Source of the DNA: Octopus bimaculoides
Taxonomy: Eukaryota
Direction of reading: 5' to 3'
Length of the DNA: 64,000 nucleotides
NCBI RefSeq assembly: GCF_001194135.2
Contig: NC_068987.1
Coordinates: 11,873,484-11,937,483 of the forward strand
Shown here: piece after piece, positions 1-13,337 of the stretch
Position numbering within the stretch: the stretch's first letter is position 1
How the letters are laid out: every line of letters begins with the position of its first letter
The notes under the pieces: generated by a model
What the model saw: the letters and a program-made list of their open reading frames with translations, nothing else
What the model was told of the DNA's origin: nothing
Database searches by the model: none
Program-made: the position numbers and the translations under genes

Positions 1-188
1 CGGATGCCTGGTGAATGCCTTGGTGAATGCTGTCACAAGTACATGTGCAAGTATAGTAGCAGCGCCGTACCTGACGCAGGAACAATGCGCCATTACGTGT
101 TTTACTCGAATTTTGTACAGTATTAATAATAGCTACAGGATCTGAATGATTTTTCTGGTCCCGAAGAAGGACCGCAAAAATTGTATAA

Positions 189-400
189 GGCTCGTAGCCA
201 TGTGGTTTAGGGCGTTGCTCTCATGAACGTACGGTTGTTGTTTCGATTTCCGGATCGGGAGGTATGTTGTGTTCTTGAGCAAAACACTTCGTTTCACGCT
301 GTTCCAGTCCACTCGGCTGTAAACAAGTAACTCCATTCAGGACGGGTATTGAGTTCTCAGTAACTTATGGAACTGGGTAACCAGTCCTTTAAGTCCGAGG
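189..400 (+). mobile_element. SINE family C (tRNA head, CORE-like segment, V-domain-like 3' part), diverged
   Basis: tgttgtgttcttgagcaaaacacttcgtttcacg matches the minus copies at 1622-1827, 13130-13260, 18181-18427 and 30612-30859. Confidence 0.7.
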
Positions 401-423
401 ACGCGTGGACAGTAATGTCCATG

Positions 424-446
424 TGTTGATGATGATGATGGTGGTG

Positions 447-481
<35 letters not shown>

Positions 482-590
482 AATGATGATGACGGTGAGG
501 ATGATGAGGATGATAATAATGATGATGATGAAGACGATAAAGAAGATGAAGACGATAAAGAAGATGAAGACGAAGGCCTCTCTTTATGAA
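424..590. repeat. (GAT/GAA)n compound microsatellite
   Basis: Directly visible; explains the poly-Met/His ORFs at 357-746. Confidence 0.95.
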
Positions 591-901
591 GCAGTTTTTA
601 AGCCTCGAACTTCTACACACACACGCACGCACACACACACACGCACGCACGCACACACACACACACGCACGCACACACACACGCGCCCACGCACGGGCAG
701 AGTGTGGTACATAATTAGTTTTAGAAATGTATTACTCAGTGTTTAAAAGAAAATAGAAATGCAAGAAATTGAACTAATTACGAAAGCAGCAAAAGAAAAA
801 CTAAGGAAAAAAGATGTGGCATTCGAATGAAATATATAAATATACCTGGTTGTTTTCCATTCAGTTCCTTAGAAACGAAAAAAAATAATAACATTACGTC
901 T

Positions 902-933
<32 letters not shown>

Positions 934-1074
934 GCGCCCGCGCACACACACATACACACACATACACACACATACCTCCCTATACACGCACAAAAATATA
1001 TACCTATATACACATATATACATGTATATTTAATTACATATATATTTACATATACAGGTATATATATTTACACA

Positions 1075-1115
<41 letters not shown>

Positions 1116-1324
1116 GCATATATTTACACACATACACACACGACCACTACACATATTTTTTTCTCTCTTTGTTTCTCTCCTTGTTTCTTTCTGTGTTCCT
1201 TTCTGTGGAAGAGCGTAGGCTCGAAATGTTAAAGACTTTCTCTATTCCCGAGCGTTATACTAATACATCCATTTGTTGTTTACACCACCTGTCTTCGTCT
1301 GTTGGTTTTTCGTGAATTCTCCCC

Positions 1325-1359
<35 letters not shown>

Positions 1360-3182
1360 ATAGATTGACAGATATGTGTGTATGTGTATTGTGCAAACAC
1401 ACATATCTATCATACCCACTCACGCAAAGACACACACACACACACACACACACGCAAACACACACTGGCTCATTATAGAGTCAAATAAAAGCCAAAATTG
1501 TAATGATTCTGGAAAGAAAGTTGGTTCGTGGAATGAGTTGATGCATGCTTACTCTCTGTGCTTTCCATCAGACGTACATTTAACTTCTCCATCATTTGGA
1601 TATATATATGCAAAGGATAAAAGGTCCTTCATGAGCCATAGGGATTCTGTGATGTATAAATTTCTCCATCCCTGGATGGGCCGTCGGTCTGTCACAGAAT
1701 TGTACATTTTTACCAGTTGAGTGACTGGAGAAATGTGAAATTAAGCGTTTTGCTGAAGAAAACAACGCATCCAGGAATTGAAACCACAATCTTACGATCG
1801 TGACTGCAACCAATAAGCAACGCACCTACACACACTCACACACCAATAGTTGGATCCGAAGACTGTATCAATAACCCGTAACATCAATTTATGCATGCAG
1901 TCCCAATGAAATACAGATTGGTTTGCCGTGATGACGGGAGCTTTAACATTCCGAAGAAAGAATGCTCAACTGGTTATTCGAATTCGAGGTAAGGACAGGG
2001 AGTGGAAATTAAAAAGAAATAACATAAAACAAACAGAAATGAAAGAAAAGAAAAATAGAACACAGAGAAAGCGTTGGATTTCATTTTATCAGGCGTTCAA
2101 CTGCACAACCTGATATTTTTTTAAATAGCTCTTTTATTATGCATTTTGCGATTTTTACAACATTATAGGCTACGCAATGGTATAATTTTTTTTTTAAATG
2201 TCATTTTTTTCTTAATACTATGAAAGCAGAAAAAAATATTGAATTCATTTGACTAGGTACAAAGCTACAAATTTACAAGAGTGATTGGAATGTAATGTTG
2301 TGACGCCCACGATTATTCAAAGAATTCAGCGACAAAGTGTAACAACTAAACATCGGGAATTGAAACCAAGTCAGTATGGCACGTTCCAGCGGGAGTTTGC
2401 TTATTTCTCGGCTCGTAGCTCATCCTGATTTTATTTTATTAAATATATATATCCAGCTTAAGCTGAAATTAAGATTAATAAAATAAAATTCACTTGCGAC
2501 TGTTAAAGCAAACATGTTGAAACAAATGAAATGTTTATTGGGGTTAACTAATTTTAAATACTTAATACGTGTGTGCTGCGTTGGCGATGAATTCCATTTT
2601 ACACCGCTTAAGTATCAAACGAGACGATGATATCACAAAATCTCATTCACTTGTCTAAAACAATTTTAATAACATTTACATAAGACTGAAACACATCCAT
2701 AGAAATACAAACAAATACACACACATACACGCACGCACATTACACACACACAGACTTGTGTTGGCACTGTTGTTACGAAAATCCAGGCCGTCAGACTTAC
2801 GCTATTACGTAAATTTCTCTATGTCACCAAGAGTTTGTTTACGCACTTCATAAAATATATTCTTTTAAACCTCGGCAGTTGAGAGATGAGGCAAAACAAA
2901 CTCTGACGAGCGTTAAGAATGCCGAAACTAATCAGGTGACCTTCCCTCTCAGCTGTCAAAGATCTTGTTATACTTCTTTCACAGTCAAACTAGACATATG
3001 TTTATTAAACATATCTTATGTTTTACATATACGCATCAAATATATATTTATATATTATACATATATATCTATCTATATATAAATACACAAATTATAGATA
3101 TAATATGTATGTATTATATATACTCATAATACATAGATATTGTATATACATAGTATAGATAATGTATACATGATATACATAC

Positions 3183-3224
<42 letters not shown>

Positions 3225-3851
3225 ATATGTATACATATATATATATATATTTATGTGAATATGCATATATATATTTATGCATTTATATATATTATATATA
3301 TACTTACATATATATATATACACATACATACATATATATACATGCATACATATTATNNNNNNNNNNNNNNNNNNNNNNNNNNNNNNNNNNNNNNNNNNNN
3401 NNNNNNNNNNNNNNNNNNNNNNNNNNNNNNNNNNNNNNNNNNNNNNNNNNNNNNNNNNNNNNNNNNNNNNNNNNNNNNNNNNNNNNNNNNNNNNNNNNNN
3501 NNNNNNNNNNNNNNNNNNNNNNNNNNNNNNNNNNNNNNNNNNNNNNNNNNNNNNNNNNNNNNNNNNNNNNNNNNNNNNNNNNNNNNNNNNNNNNNNNNNN
3601 NNNNNNNNNNNNNNNNNNNNNNNNNNNNNNNNNNNNNNNNNNNNNNNNNNNNNNNNNNNNNNNNNNNNNNNNNNNNNNNNNNNNNNNNNNNNNNNNNNNN
3701 NNNNNNNNNNNNNNNNNNNNNNNNNNNNNNNNNNNNNNNNNNNNNNNNNNNNNNNNNNNNNNNNNNNNNNNNNNNNNNNNNNNNNNNNNNNNNNNNNNCA
3801 TTTCTTTGGCTTTTGTCTTAAATTCTTTTTTTTTTTTTATAATTTCTGATC

Positions 3852-3857
3852 TTTATT
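3852..3857 (-). terminator. Candidate polyadenylation signal AATAAA for the putative secreted-peptide gene
   Basis: tttatt on the plus strand, about 100 nt downstream of the stop at 3958. The hexamer is common in AT-rich DNA. Confidence 0.3.
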
Positions 3858-3957
3858 TCCTTTAACCCACAAAATAACCGCAGCTCCACCAAAAACACGG
3901 CAAAGTCAAGACCAATCAATCGACAGCTTTTCGCACTATCGAAAGAGTTCATTGTCA

Positions 3958-4129
3958 TCATTTTTTCGACACCGAGAAGTTAGGAACACAACTTGGATTC
4001 GCCAAACATCGTCGCATCTTCTGCATCAGTGCTCTCGTTACTGCAATGTTTCCGAGTTTTGAGCTCAATTGCGAGTATATACAGGGAAAACCCAGACATC
4101 TTGTATTGGCCGGAGGTCCTCGTCTGGCC
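3958..4129 (-). CDS. Putative terminal coding exon of a small secreted Cys-rich (neuropeptide-precursor-like) protein
   Basis: Strong acceptor on minus strand (gttttattttatttttatttttAG|G, AG at 4131-4130). Phase-2 frame reads ARRGPPANTRCLGFPCIYSQLSSKLGNIAVTRALMQKMRRCLANPSCVPNFSVSKK* (TGA at 3960-3958). It has dibasic RR sites and a C-x4-C-x24-C-x5-C pattern. The sequence is non-repetitive and more GC-rich than its flanks. Confidence 0.6.
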
Positions 4130-4360
4130 CTAAAAATAAAAATAAAATAAAACTTTTCATTAGAATTTCAAATGAAGAGAGCATGCGCAGGCACAAACGC
4201 AGAGGTACACACACATGACACACTCTAACACATTAAGTACTCAACATCGTCACGTACAAATAAACGATTTAAGGAGAAATTTAAGGACATGAATCTTATT
4301 ACTCTTAGAAAGCCTGCAAAAGGCTTTGCCCTTTCATGCAGACATAACTAATAACAATCT

Positions 4361-5060
4361 GCATAGGAGTGGCTGTGTGGTAAGTAGCTTGCTTACCAAC
4401 CACATGGTTCCGGGTTCAGTCCCACTGTGTGACGCCTTGGGCAACTGTCTTCTACTATAGCCTTGGGCCGACCAAAGCCTTGTGAGTGGATTTGGTAGAC
4501 GGAAACTGAAAGAAGCCCGTCGTATATATGNNNNNNNNNNNNNNNNNNNNNNNNNNNNNNNNNNNNNNNNNNNNNNNNNNNNNNNNNNNNNNNNNNNNNN
4601 NNNNNNNNNNNNNNNNNNNNNNNNNNNNNNNNNNNNNNNNNNNNNNNNNNNNNNNNNNNNNNNNNNNNNNNNNNNNNNNNNNNNNNNNNNNNNNNNNNNN
4701 NNNNNNNNNNNNNNNNNNNNNNNNNNNNNNNNNNNNNNNNNNNNNNNNNNNNNNNNNNNNNNNNNNNNNNNNNNNNNNNNNNNNNNNNNNNNNNNNNNNN
4801 NNNNNNNNNNNNNNNNNNNNNNTATATATATATATATATATATGCGTGTGTGTATGTTTGTGTGTCTGTGTTTTCCCCCGGCATCGCTTGACATCCGATG
4901 CTGGTGTGTTTGCGTCCCCGGAACTTAGCAGTTCGGCAAAAGGAGACCGATAGAATAAGTACTAGGCTTACAAAGAATAAGTCCTAGGGTCGATTTGCTC
5001 GACTAAAGGCGGTGCTCCAGCATGGCCGCAGTGAAATGACTGAAACAAGTAAAAGAGTAA
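4361..5060 (+). mobile_element. SINE family A (OR2-like: tRNA head, CORE-like segment, internal microsatellite, 3' half), full length with gap in spacer
   Basis: Head ggagtggctgtgtggtaag...ggttcagtccc...ccttgggcaa; tail catggccgcagt.aaatgactgaaacaagtaaaagagt. Many near-identical copies occur in the window. Confidence 0.85.
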
Positions 5061-7433
5061 GGATTTTCAGAGTTTCACACACACACACTAGGTATATGCC
5101 AGTGATCCTACTGACAATATTGTAGACACAAACACGGTGATAAGTGTTCCATACATATGGACGCTTTAAGCTTTTTTTGTTGTTGTTAGTTCAATTATAA
5201 GGTTTGTTGCAGATTTCAGAGCTTCTGTTCATTTTTCTGTTGCGTTTTTAAATGAAGGCGACTCAGTTCAAGGTTACCGCTATCAAGTGGAATTATCAGC
5301 GAAGCAAGCAGAATCTGGCTAAAACTGACCGATTTTTAAAATTAATTGTGAAGTTCAGACATCTGAAAATGTTCATTTAAGGAAAATCTAGTTTCATATC
5401 ACGTTAAAGTATAGGATGGCCCTATCAGTTCTGAGTAACGATAGTATGAATCACACTGTTCCCCCCCACACACACACACATTTGCGGTGTTTATGTGTGT
5501 GTGTGTGTACGTGTGTGTGTATGCGTCGGTATGTCTGCGTGCGTATGTGTATATGTCGGTATGTTTGCGTGTGTGTGTAATGCGTGCGCAATTTAAACAG
5601 CTGATATTTATACTTTAACAATCGATGACTCTCCTTCGACCATAACAAAGTTCATAAGTAGAGAATTGATGAATCACTTATCCTCTACTCACAGTCACAC
5701 ACACACATGTGTAAACTCTGCATGTTATCGTCCAGACGCCATATTTTCTGATAAAAGCGCAATGAAGGTTGAGATCGACGAAGCTGATTCCACCTTTTCT
5801 GTTCACGAAGGGAGTGTATTAAAAGGAAGTTGCCTACGACTGTCCTGTGTATGTAATGCAGTTTGATTTACTTATGCAGCGGGAAGAAACACACGGATCT
5901 AATCACTAGTGTACTACGTAATAATGTAACAACCATTGCTAAAGAATCCGTCATCAATTAAACGAAATACCTGTTGGGAATGCATTATTTATGCAAATCG
6001 GAACTGCCGACGGGGAGATTTTATATATGAAAAAGCAAACAAACAAACAAAGAGATAAAAAATAAAACATGTTTGAGATTGTTCTGGGTAATTAACGTTT
6101 TAACTGCACATGTGGTGTTGAGTGGCATTTGTAGATTTATCTATTCTGTAGTATATATATATATATATATATANNNNNNNNNNNNNNNNNNNNNNNNNNN
6201 NNNNNNNNNNNNNNNNNNNNNNNNNNNNNNNNNNNNNNNNNNNNNNNNNNNNNNNNNNNNNNNNNNNNNNNNNNNNNNNNNNNNNNAGAGAGAGAGAGAG
6301 AGAGAGAGAGAGACAAAAATCGAACACAAGGTATGTGTGTTGTTAGTTTGTGGGTCGGCTGCAGTTTCTAGGTGTACGAAAGTATAATCTCTCTTCACAT
6401 GGTATGAAAAAAAAAAAACACCTGAAGGTAAGCCATAGTCAAGCGAGATAACTCACATAGGTCCATTCTCGGAGCGACAGACATTAATGTTTCGTCGTTG
6501 TTGTGACTTATCAATACTGCATACCGAACAAGGCCCGCTGCAAGCCATACCGCCAGCTATGACTATATGCTAAATGGTTTAAACACTATCTGCTGGCATT
6601 TCCCAACGTTTCATGCCACAGAAAAACTTCAAATATGAATTAGAGGCAGCTGGAGGTCTTGTTCTGTATGCGGCATTGGTAAGTCACGACAATGACGAAA
6701 AAACTCATAGTTTTATCATTCGGTCAAACTGGATGTCTGCAATACTTTAACGTCTGTTCCAAATGCTATTGAACAACAGTTTTATTAAAGTTCCATCTTG
6801 AATCTGTATAGTTCAATCTTAATAACCGGTTATTTACAACATGTCACCTTCGTGATTTAAAATTATTTGATAACCTACAATTGCATAAGATTTTTCGGTC
6901 TTTATCTATCAAATGATTACTTGCGTTGATTATGTTAACGTTATTAAAAAGCAAGCAAACTTCTTTCTGAAACAGGAAATAAATGTACGAACCTGTGCCT
7001 TACAATATAAACATAGATTTTTGACCGCTAATCGAAAGGGGATTACTGATTAGGTGGCACTACATTCCTACTGCTCGACATAAGCTGGTTTTATCTTGTT
7101 AAATTCGCTTAGCATTGTAATGGGTATTATCAAAAAGTGTGTTTTGTGGTTGCTCTAGCTAAAACCAGTAAAATACGAAATGGTTTCTTGTTGCACAGGT
7201 ATGTCAACACAGTTTTTTGTTCTGCGAATTATCATACAAAAAAAAAAAAAATGCATAAAAATACGACATATTATTGTAACTGGATAGTATCAAAATCAGT
7301 GATAATTAGTTCTGGCATATAAAATGCTAAAATCGACTATTGTAAACAATAGACAATATTCTTACGTCAGTAACCTCGTATTCGACCTGACTTTGCCTGT
7401 TTCTGTATTTGTATTATTTGTAAACAAATTAAG

Positions 7434-7908
7434 ATGGTGGGCCGGCAGAATCGTTACAGTGCCGTACAAAATGCTTAGCTTCATTTCTTCCGGCTCTTTG
7501 CGTTCTAAATTCAAATGCTGTGGAGGTCGACTTTGTCTTTCATCCTTTCGAGGTCGATAAAAAATAAAACACCAGCCTAACACTAGGGCCGATGCAACCG
7601 ACGTACGCCCCCCCCCNNNNNNNNNNACTCATTTCCTTTGTAAGAATTTTGTCCTTGTCCCTGCATTATCATTTCATCTGATCGTAATGTGTGTGTGTGT
7701 GCGAGGGCGGCGAGATGGCAGAATCGTTTGTAGCCCGGACGCATTTCGCCCGCCTCTGCATTGTGAGATCAAATTTCGCCACAGTCGACTTTGCTTTTCA
7801 TCCTTCCGGGGTCGATAAAATTAGCGGCCGTTGAATACTAGGGCCGATATAATCATCTTAGTACCTCCCCCTCCACCGAAATTGCTGGCCTTGTGCCAGC
7901 ATTGAAAC

Positions 7909-7939
<31 letters not shown>

Positions 7940-8495
7940 CGCGAACGAGCGTACGTTTGATTCTGTAAAGGGTGTAAAGTCCAAATAGGTAGCACTGAAG
8001 GTGAGAAAATCTTTGAAAAATATGTCTCTGGCAATTTACAATTGTCACCTTTCTATGTTATTCTAAGTTGTAAGTGGTTATTTACTAGTTTTTGTCATTA
8101 CATCAAGAAAGAAATGGATGCACTCTAGAAAGAACTAGTTATAATTGTTCAAGACAAAATACTGATTCATTTCTCTTTTGTCATTCCATTGTGGTTATCT
8201 TGTTAAAAGTACTGAAAAGCAGTTCTAACAACAGAAGGAAATCGAAAATATAATCGATAATATTATCGCTATGTTTTAGGCGGCGAGCTGGCAAAATCGT
8301 TCGTACGCCGGGTGAAATGCTTAGCGGCATTTCGCCCGTCTTTACGTTCTGAGTTCAAATTCCGCTGAGCTCAATTTTGTCTTTCATCTTCTTTTGGGGC
8401 GGATAAAATAAATCCCAGTCGAACACTGGAGGCGATGTAATCGATTTACTCCCACCCCGAAATTACTGGCCTTGTGCCCAAAATTTGAAATTAAT
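7434..8495 (+). mobile_element. Cluster of three SINE family B copies (OR1-like; about 7434-7612, 7706-7910, 8279-8495)
   Basis: Head ggcggcgagctggcagaatcgttag, B box gagttcaaattcc, conserved core gtcgactttgcctttcatcctttcggggtcgataaa (Meta-type domain, by recall), tail ggccttgtgcc. Confidence 0.85.
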
Positions 8496-8796
8496 ATTTT
8501 TGTTTGTTTGGTAACGCTTTGGCAAGTCCAAATACACTCTGCCACATCGTTATTTTCATACCAAAGAAAATGGAATATCGTTAGAATTGAAACCACAGAC
8601 TCAATGAAGGATATTACAGTAACTACTTATCGCCGGATTCTAAATATATATATATCAATAAAAATTATATTTCACTTTTTAAAATATTTATTTACAGATC
8701 ACTAGTCTTTCGAATAATATAAATAACATAAATGTTGTTTACGTAAAAAAAAATTATGTCTTCAGTTTTATTTCGTAGTTTAATACATAATTGTCC

Positions 8797-9115
8797 TACG
8801 AATAAATGTTACTCTTGATTTCGTTTCGTTGTTTATCAGCGGATTGTGTTACGATTAATATAAATGTTATTTCTATAACAAATTATGACATTAATTTTAT
8901 TCCATAGTGTAACAAAGTAATTACCTTACGAATAAATGTTACAGTCGATTTCGCTTCATAGTTTATCTGTGAACTGTGTTACGATTAATATAAATGTTGT
9001 GCGAGAGCTAGATTATATCACTGATTTCGTTCCATAATTTATCAGTTAATTCTTTTAGGCAAAATACAACTGTTGTATGTATAATAGATTATGTCATAAA
9101 CTTCATTCCATAGGA
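8797..9115. repeat. Degenerate tandem duplication, period about 130 bp
   Basis: tacgaataaatgttac...gatttcg...tgtgttacgattaatataaatgtt recurs at 8797 and 8927, with a partial third copy after 9020. Confidence 0.8.
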
Positions 9116-9401
9116 AAGATAACGCTTGCTTAAAGTGTTACTTACGTAAACCATAGCAAAATCATATTATAGATATCTGATTATATATATATATATATAC
9201 AGGGAAATCAAAAATAAAAGCAAAAACAGGAAAAACAGCAAAAGTCAAAAGGATGTACACAGTGAATATATTCGATTAACGCTCAGAGAAAGTTTAAGAT
9301 GGAATAAAGAAGTGGTGTGAGGTTTCGAGCATGGCTCTTCGTCAGAAAGAAGAAAAAAATCCAGAGAAAAGGAAAAGAGTAGTCCGAGAGAAGTAGGCGT
9401 G

Positions 9402-9445
<44 letters not shown>

Positions 9446-10120
9446 GCAAATATATCTATCTATATACACGCTTCAATCGCGTAGAAAGGGTGGAGTCGAT
9501 GGGGTGGTCCATCTTGGGCGGCGCTTTTATGGGGGTAACATTTTTGTGTCTGCTGCATAAGCCTGTATAGGGGACAGGAGCGGCAGACTGAAGGGCAGTC
9601 CAAGGCGGCACACTCTCTAGCTAACACCACTCCCATACATCTGTCTCTCCCGCTCTCTATCAGTCAGTCTCCCTCCCTCCTCCTTTCTGTATTTTTCTAG
9701 ATGCAGTAATGGCCGAATGGTTAAGAAATTCGTATCGCGTTCACGGGATTTCCAAGTTCGTTTCCACTTTATGGTATCTTACGCAAGTGATATTTTAGAT
9801 AGTCTTCGGTTTCCAAGCTTTGTGAGTGAAATTTGGTTGAGGGAAACGGTGTGGAAGCCTGTTGGATTGTACTTAGAATTCAAAGTCTTGTCACACGCTG
9901 TATCTGATAATTATGTTAAGGGTACACGCGTGTCTCTGGATCACACACGCATACACACATTCTTTATTTGAAATCACTACAATTATTTCGACACATTTTT
10001 ACACACATAGTACATTTGTGGGTTGTGTAATCATCCTCACGGATCCAAGATGATAAAATGCGCCGCTTCAGGCGATTGTTTAAACAAGTCATTTTACTCG
10101 AATCTTATATATATATATAT

Positions 10121-10545
10121 ATAGGCGCAGGAGTGGCTGTGTGGTAAGTAGCTTGCTTACCAACCACATGGTTCCGGGTTCATTCCCACAGCGTGGCACC
10201 TTGAACAAGTGTCTTCTACTATAGCCACGGGCCGATCAAAGCCTTGTGAGTGGATTTGGTAGATGGAAACTGAAAGAAGCCCGTCGTATATATGTATATA
10301 TATATATATGTATTTGAGTATATTTTTGTGTGTCTGTGTTTGTTCCCCCACCATCGCTTGACAACCGATGTTAGTGTGTTTACGTCTCCGTAACTTAGCG
10401 GTTCAGCAAAAGAGATTGATAGAATAAGTACTAGGGTTACAAAGAATAAGTCCTGGAGTCGATTTGCTCGACTAAAGGCGATGCTCCAGCATGACCACAG
10501 TCATATGATTGAAACAAGTAAATGAGTAAAAAAGTGTGAAAAGAG

Positions 10546-10547
<2 letters not shown>
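10121..10547 (+). mobile_element. SINE family A, full length
   Basis: Both halves are present with a (TA)/(TG) spacer. Confidence 0.9.
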
Positions 10548-10576
<29 letters not shown>

Positions 10577-10699
10577 CACGCACACAAACAAGTTAAATAC
10601 ACATATCTCGTTGGGATTTGGACACATTTATATTGAAATGTAGTTAAGGAAAATCATAGGATTGTGACTGGAATAATCTTTGTCGGTAATGGCTTTGTA

Positions 10700-11000
10700 T
10701 AAATGGCGTAGGAAGTGGGATTTGAAGAAGCTAATGCTGACGATGTTCGGAATATTGCATTCTGATGATGTCAAAACTTTAAGTAGTCAACAGAATCGCA
10801 AGTGTCCAGTTCAGACAACGAAAAAGAAACTTAACTGTAACAGATTTTAACAACAGAAGTCTTATCTAAAATTTAGTGAAGAAGTCTTTACTTCAGAGCA
10901 ACTTTCAGAAAAGGTCTAAATTTTGAAGGAAGCATGAAAATGCATCATTAAAGTACAATAAAACGTCATTAAAGATTTTTTTCATCGGCAAATAGAGGCA
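10700..11000 (+). pseudogene. Decayed pogo/Tigger-like transposase C-terminal fragment
   Basis: MA*EVGFEEANADDVRNI at 10703-10756 resembles the acidic C-terminal region of pogo/Tigger transposases. Many stops and frameshifts follow. Confidence 0.4.
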
Positions 11001-11579
11001 AGAGCCTAAAGTATATGCTCTTAGCTAACTAACTAGCGGTGTTCTTAGTGTGATTTCAATGCAAGTGGATATACTGTAGGGATTCATTGGTTTTGTATAC
11101 AAGAAAATTCAAAGGGGTTTGTAGATCTAGATGGATCTTGTAAGGACCATGTTCACGATGATGTGCAATCCGAGGTTCTTAAGGAAAGGTTGCAAATTTT
11201 TCCTAAATTTATCTGTTGTTTGCTGTTTACACTTATGCTACGTCAATGGTCCGTCGTCTCGGTATAACCACCACTAATGCCCGAGAAGTACGAAGGTGAT
11301 GTAGTTGGCTCAGTCTGATGAAGCCACTGATCTCTGCTCAATTGTTCGCTTCTATGCTTACCTCGTTATTTAATTATCTTACGAAGGAAATGGAGAACAA
11401 AATAGAATCTTTCACCAAGGTTTCTAACTTATGCAGAGCATACCAAATAGATAATAATAATTATATTAATAATAAAAAAACTGGTTTACATAACGTAGAA
11501 AATTCCAGCTTAGTTTTGCACGGTGGTTGTCATAAGCACGATGTCCTTGAAGATAGTAAAATTTTACAGAGAAAGAGAA

Positions 11580-11667
11580 AGAGAGACTGAGAGAGAGACA
11601 AAGAGAGAGAGAGACAAAGAGAGAGAGAGACAAAGAGAGAGAGAGACAAAGAGAGAGAGAGAGAGAT
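11580..11667. repeat. (GA)n with 16-bp higher-order unit gagagagagacaaaga x4
   Basis: Directly visible. Confidence 0.9.
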
Positions 11668-11861
11668 GACGGAACCAGTAGCTCACATAGACGTAGACAT
11701 GGCTAGGGTAGACGCTTTGAATCGAAACTATTTAGCTGAGAAAATCTACTGATTAAAAATAAATACAGTGAAATTTATAGGTAAATCTAATTTTCAATAT
11801 CATGCGAAATATACCAAGAACTTCATTAACTGTTAAAAGAATTTCAAATATTATTTCGATA

Positions 11862-12048
11862 TAGGCGCAGGAGTGGCTGTGTGGTAAGTAGCTTGCTTAC
11901 CAACCACATGGTCCCGGGTTCAGTCTCACTGCGTGGCACCTTGGGTCGATAAATTAAGTACCAGGTACGCACTGGGGTCGATGTAATCGACTTAATCCCT
12001 TTGTCTGTCCCCTCTATGTTTAGCCCCTTGTGGACAATAAAGAAATAA
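11862..12048 (+). mobile_element. Chimeric SINE: family A head fused to family B body and Tx1-like tail
   Basis: Family A sequence runs to caccttggg and then switches directly to gggtcgataaattaagtacc...ccccttgtggacaataaagaaat. Confidence 0.8.
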
Positions 12049-13337
12049 GGAAGTGGAACGAGACCAGCTTATTGTGAAGAGCACAGGACATTGCAGTAAT
12101 GCTAGAAAAGACGGATAACACGGTAAATCTATGAGCCAGAGTTGAGAGATTGTGTTAGCGAGTAACTTAGTCACGTTAACTGATCATTGCTATGAAGTCA
12201 ATAAAGTTATGAAGTCAATAAAAATATAGCCAAGTTTCGGATTAGGCGACTTGTACTTCATGGGTTACGGAAGTGGGAAGTAGGGCAAAACATAAAAAAA
12301 AAATTAGAATTAAAAAAAAAATCAGGATAGTATCGTAATGTCGTAATCCCTGTTGACGAAACACAGTAATCCTCAAAAACAAAAGTAATAAATAAGATAA
12401 AAATGAAGGGGAAAAAATAACCTTTTCTTTTCCCGTGAGATATGGTGCGCCTAATCTAAAACTCCGTTTCAGTCGATATAGAAAGAAGTAAAGTAAGGTA
12501 ACTGCTTATATGTAGTACCAAGTAAATGTTTTATGTAGAAATAGTATAAATTCAGCATTTGCTGAATTTGAAAACGAAACCTATGGTTTACGATACATCC
12601 TTATTTATATAAGAATAATTAAACTGTGGGAATCCCGAAAACATTTTGAGAAATTGCATGTGATATACGGCTTTTGGTTATACAGTATCTCTCTTCTTGG
12701 TTCAAAATGCCTAGATGTAAAAGGTACGAAAAATACAACAGCCAGTCGGCGCTCTCGAATGGCTATGGTTTGATAATTTGTATTAAGTCTTAGTTAATTG
12801 TTTTAGTGTGCAATGTATTGGGCTGTCAGATAAATTAGTTCGTTATTCCCCACCCGCCAATTTATTTTATATTTTCCGAGGTTAATTGAATTAACATGAA
12901 AAATATTCTTATCATAGTGTTTTATGGTTTCTGGTAGCTTTGTTCGACTACGATTGTTGCTTATCGCTTCTGAAATTCGAATAAATTTTACCTTTTTTCA
13001 GACATATGACGATGGAGTTGTACCAAGTGAGAAAAAGAAGAAAAGAATTTATTTGACAACTCATGTTGTTGCAAGCAAAACACAGACACCCTCTCGGTTC
13101 CCCACAGCCTTTCCCCCATGGAAGAGCTCCATCAGCACCCAACTGGTACTTGCTACAGCTGAGTAGACTGGTGCAACCGGAAATGCAGTGTATTGCTGAG
13201 AGGCACAGCGCGTCGCCTAGCTCAAGAAGTGAAACCACGACTTTATGATCATGATCCAAACTCCTGAAGAACTAGGTCATTTGACTCTACTGCCAGATTA
13301 TTATACTTCATTAAATGTCTTGCTAGAAAAAGAAATG

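Noticed and set aside
6622-6678. Plus-strand exon candidate KNFKYELEAAGGLVLYAAL with TTG|GTAAGT donor; an overlapping minus-strand donor lies near 6455
   Set aside because: No recognisable domain, and no phase-compatible partner exon could be assigned; splice-like motifs are frequent in AT-rich DNA.
11314-11330. CTGATGA motifs here and at about 10761, 20205, 62390 and 63216
   Set aside because: No stem II followed by GAAA.
13002-13026. 25-nt plus-strand micro-exon candidate
   Set aside because: Too short to assess; chance occurrence is likely.
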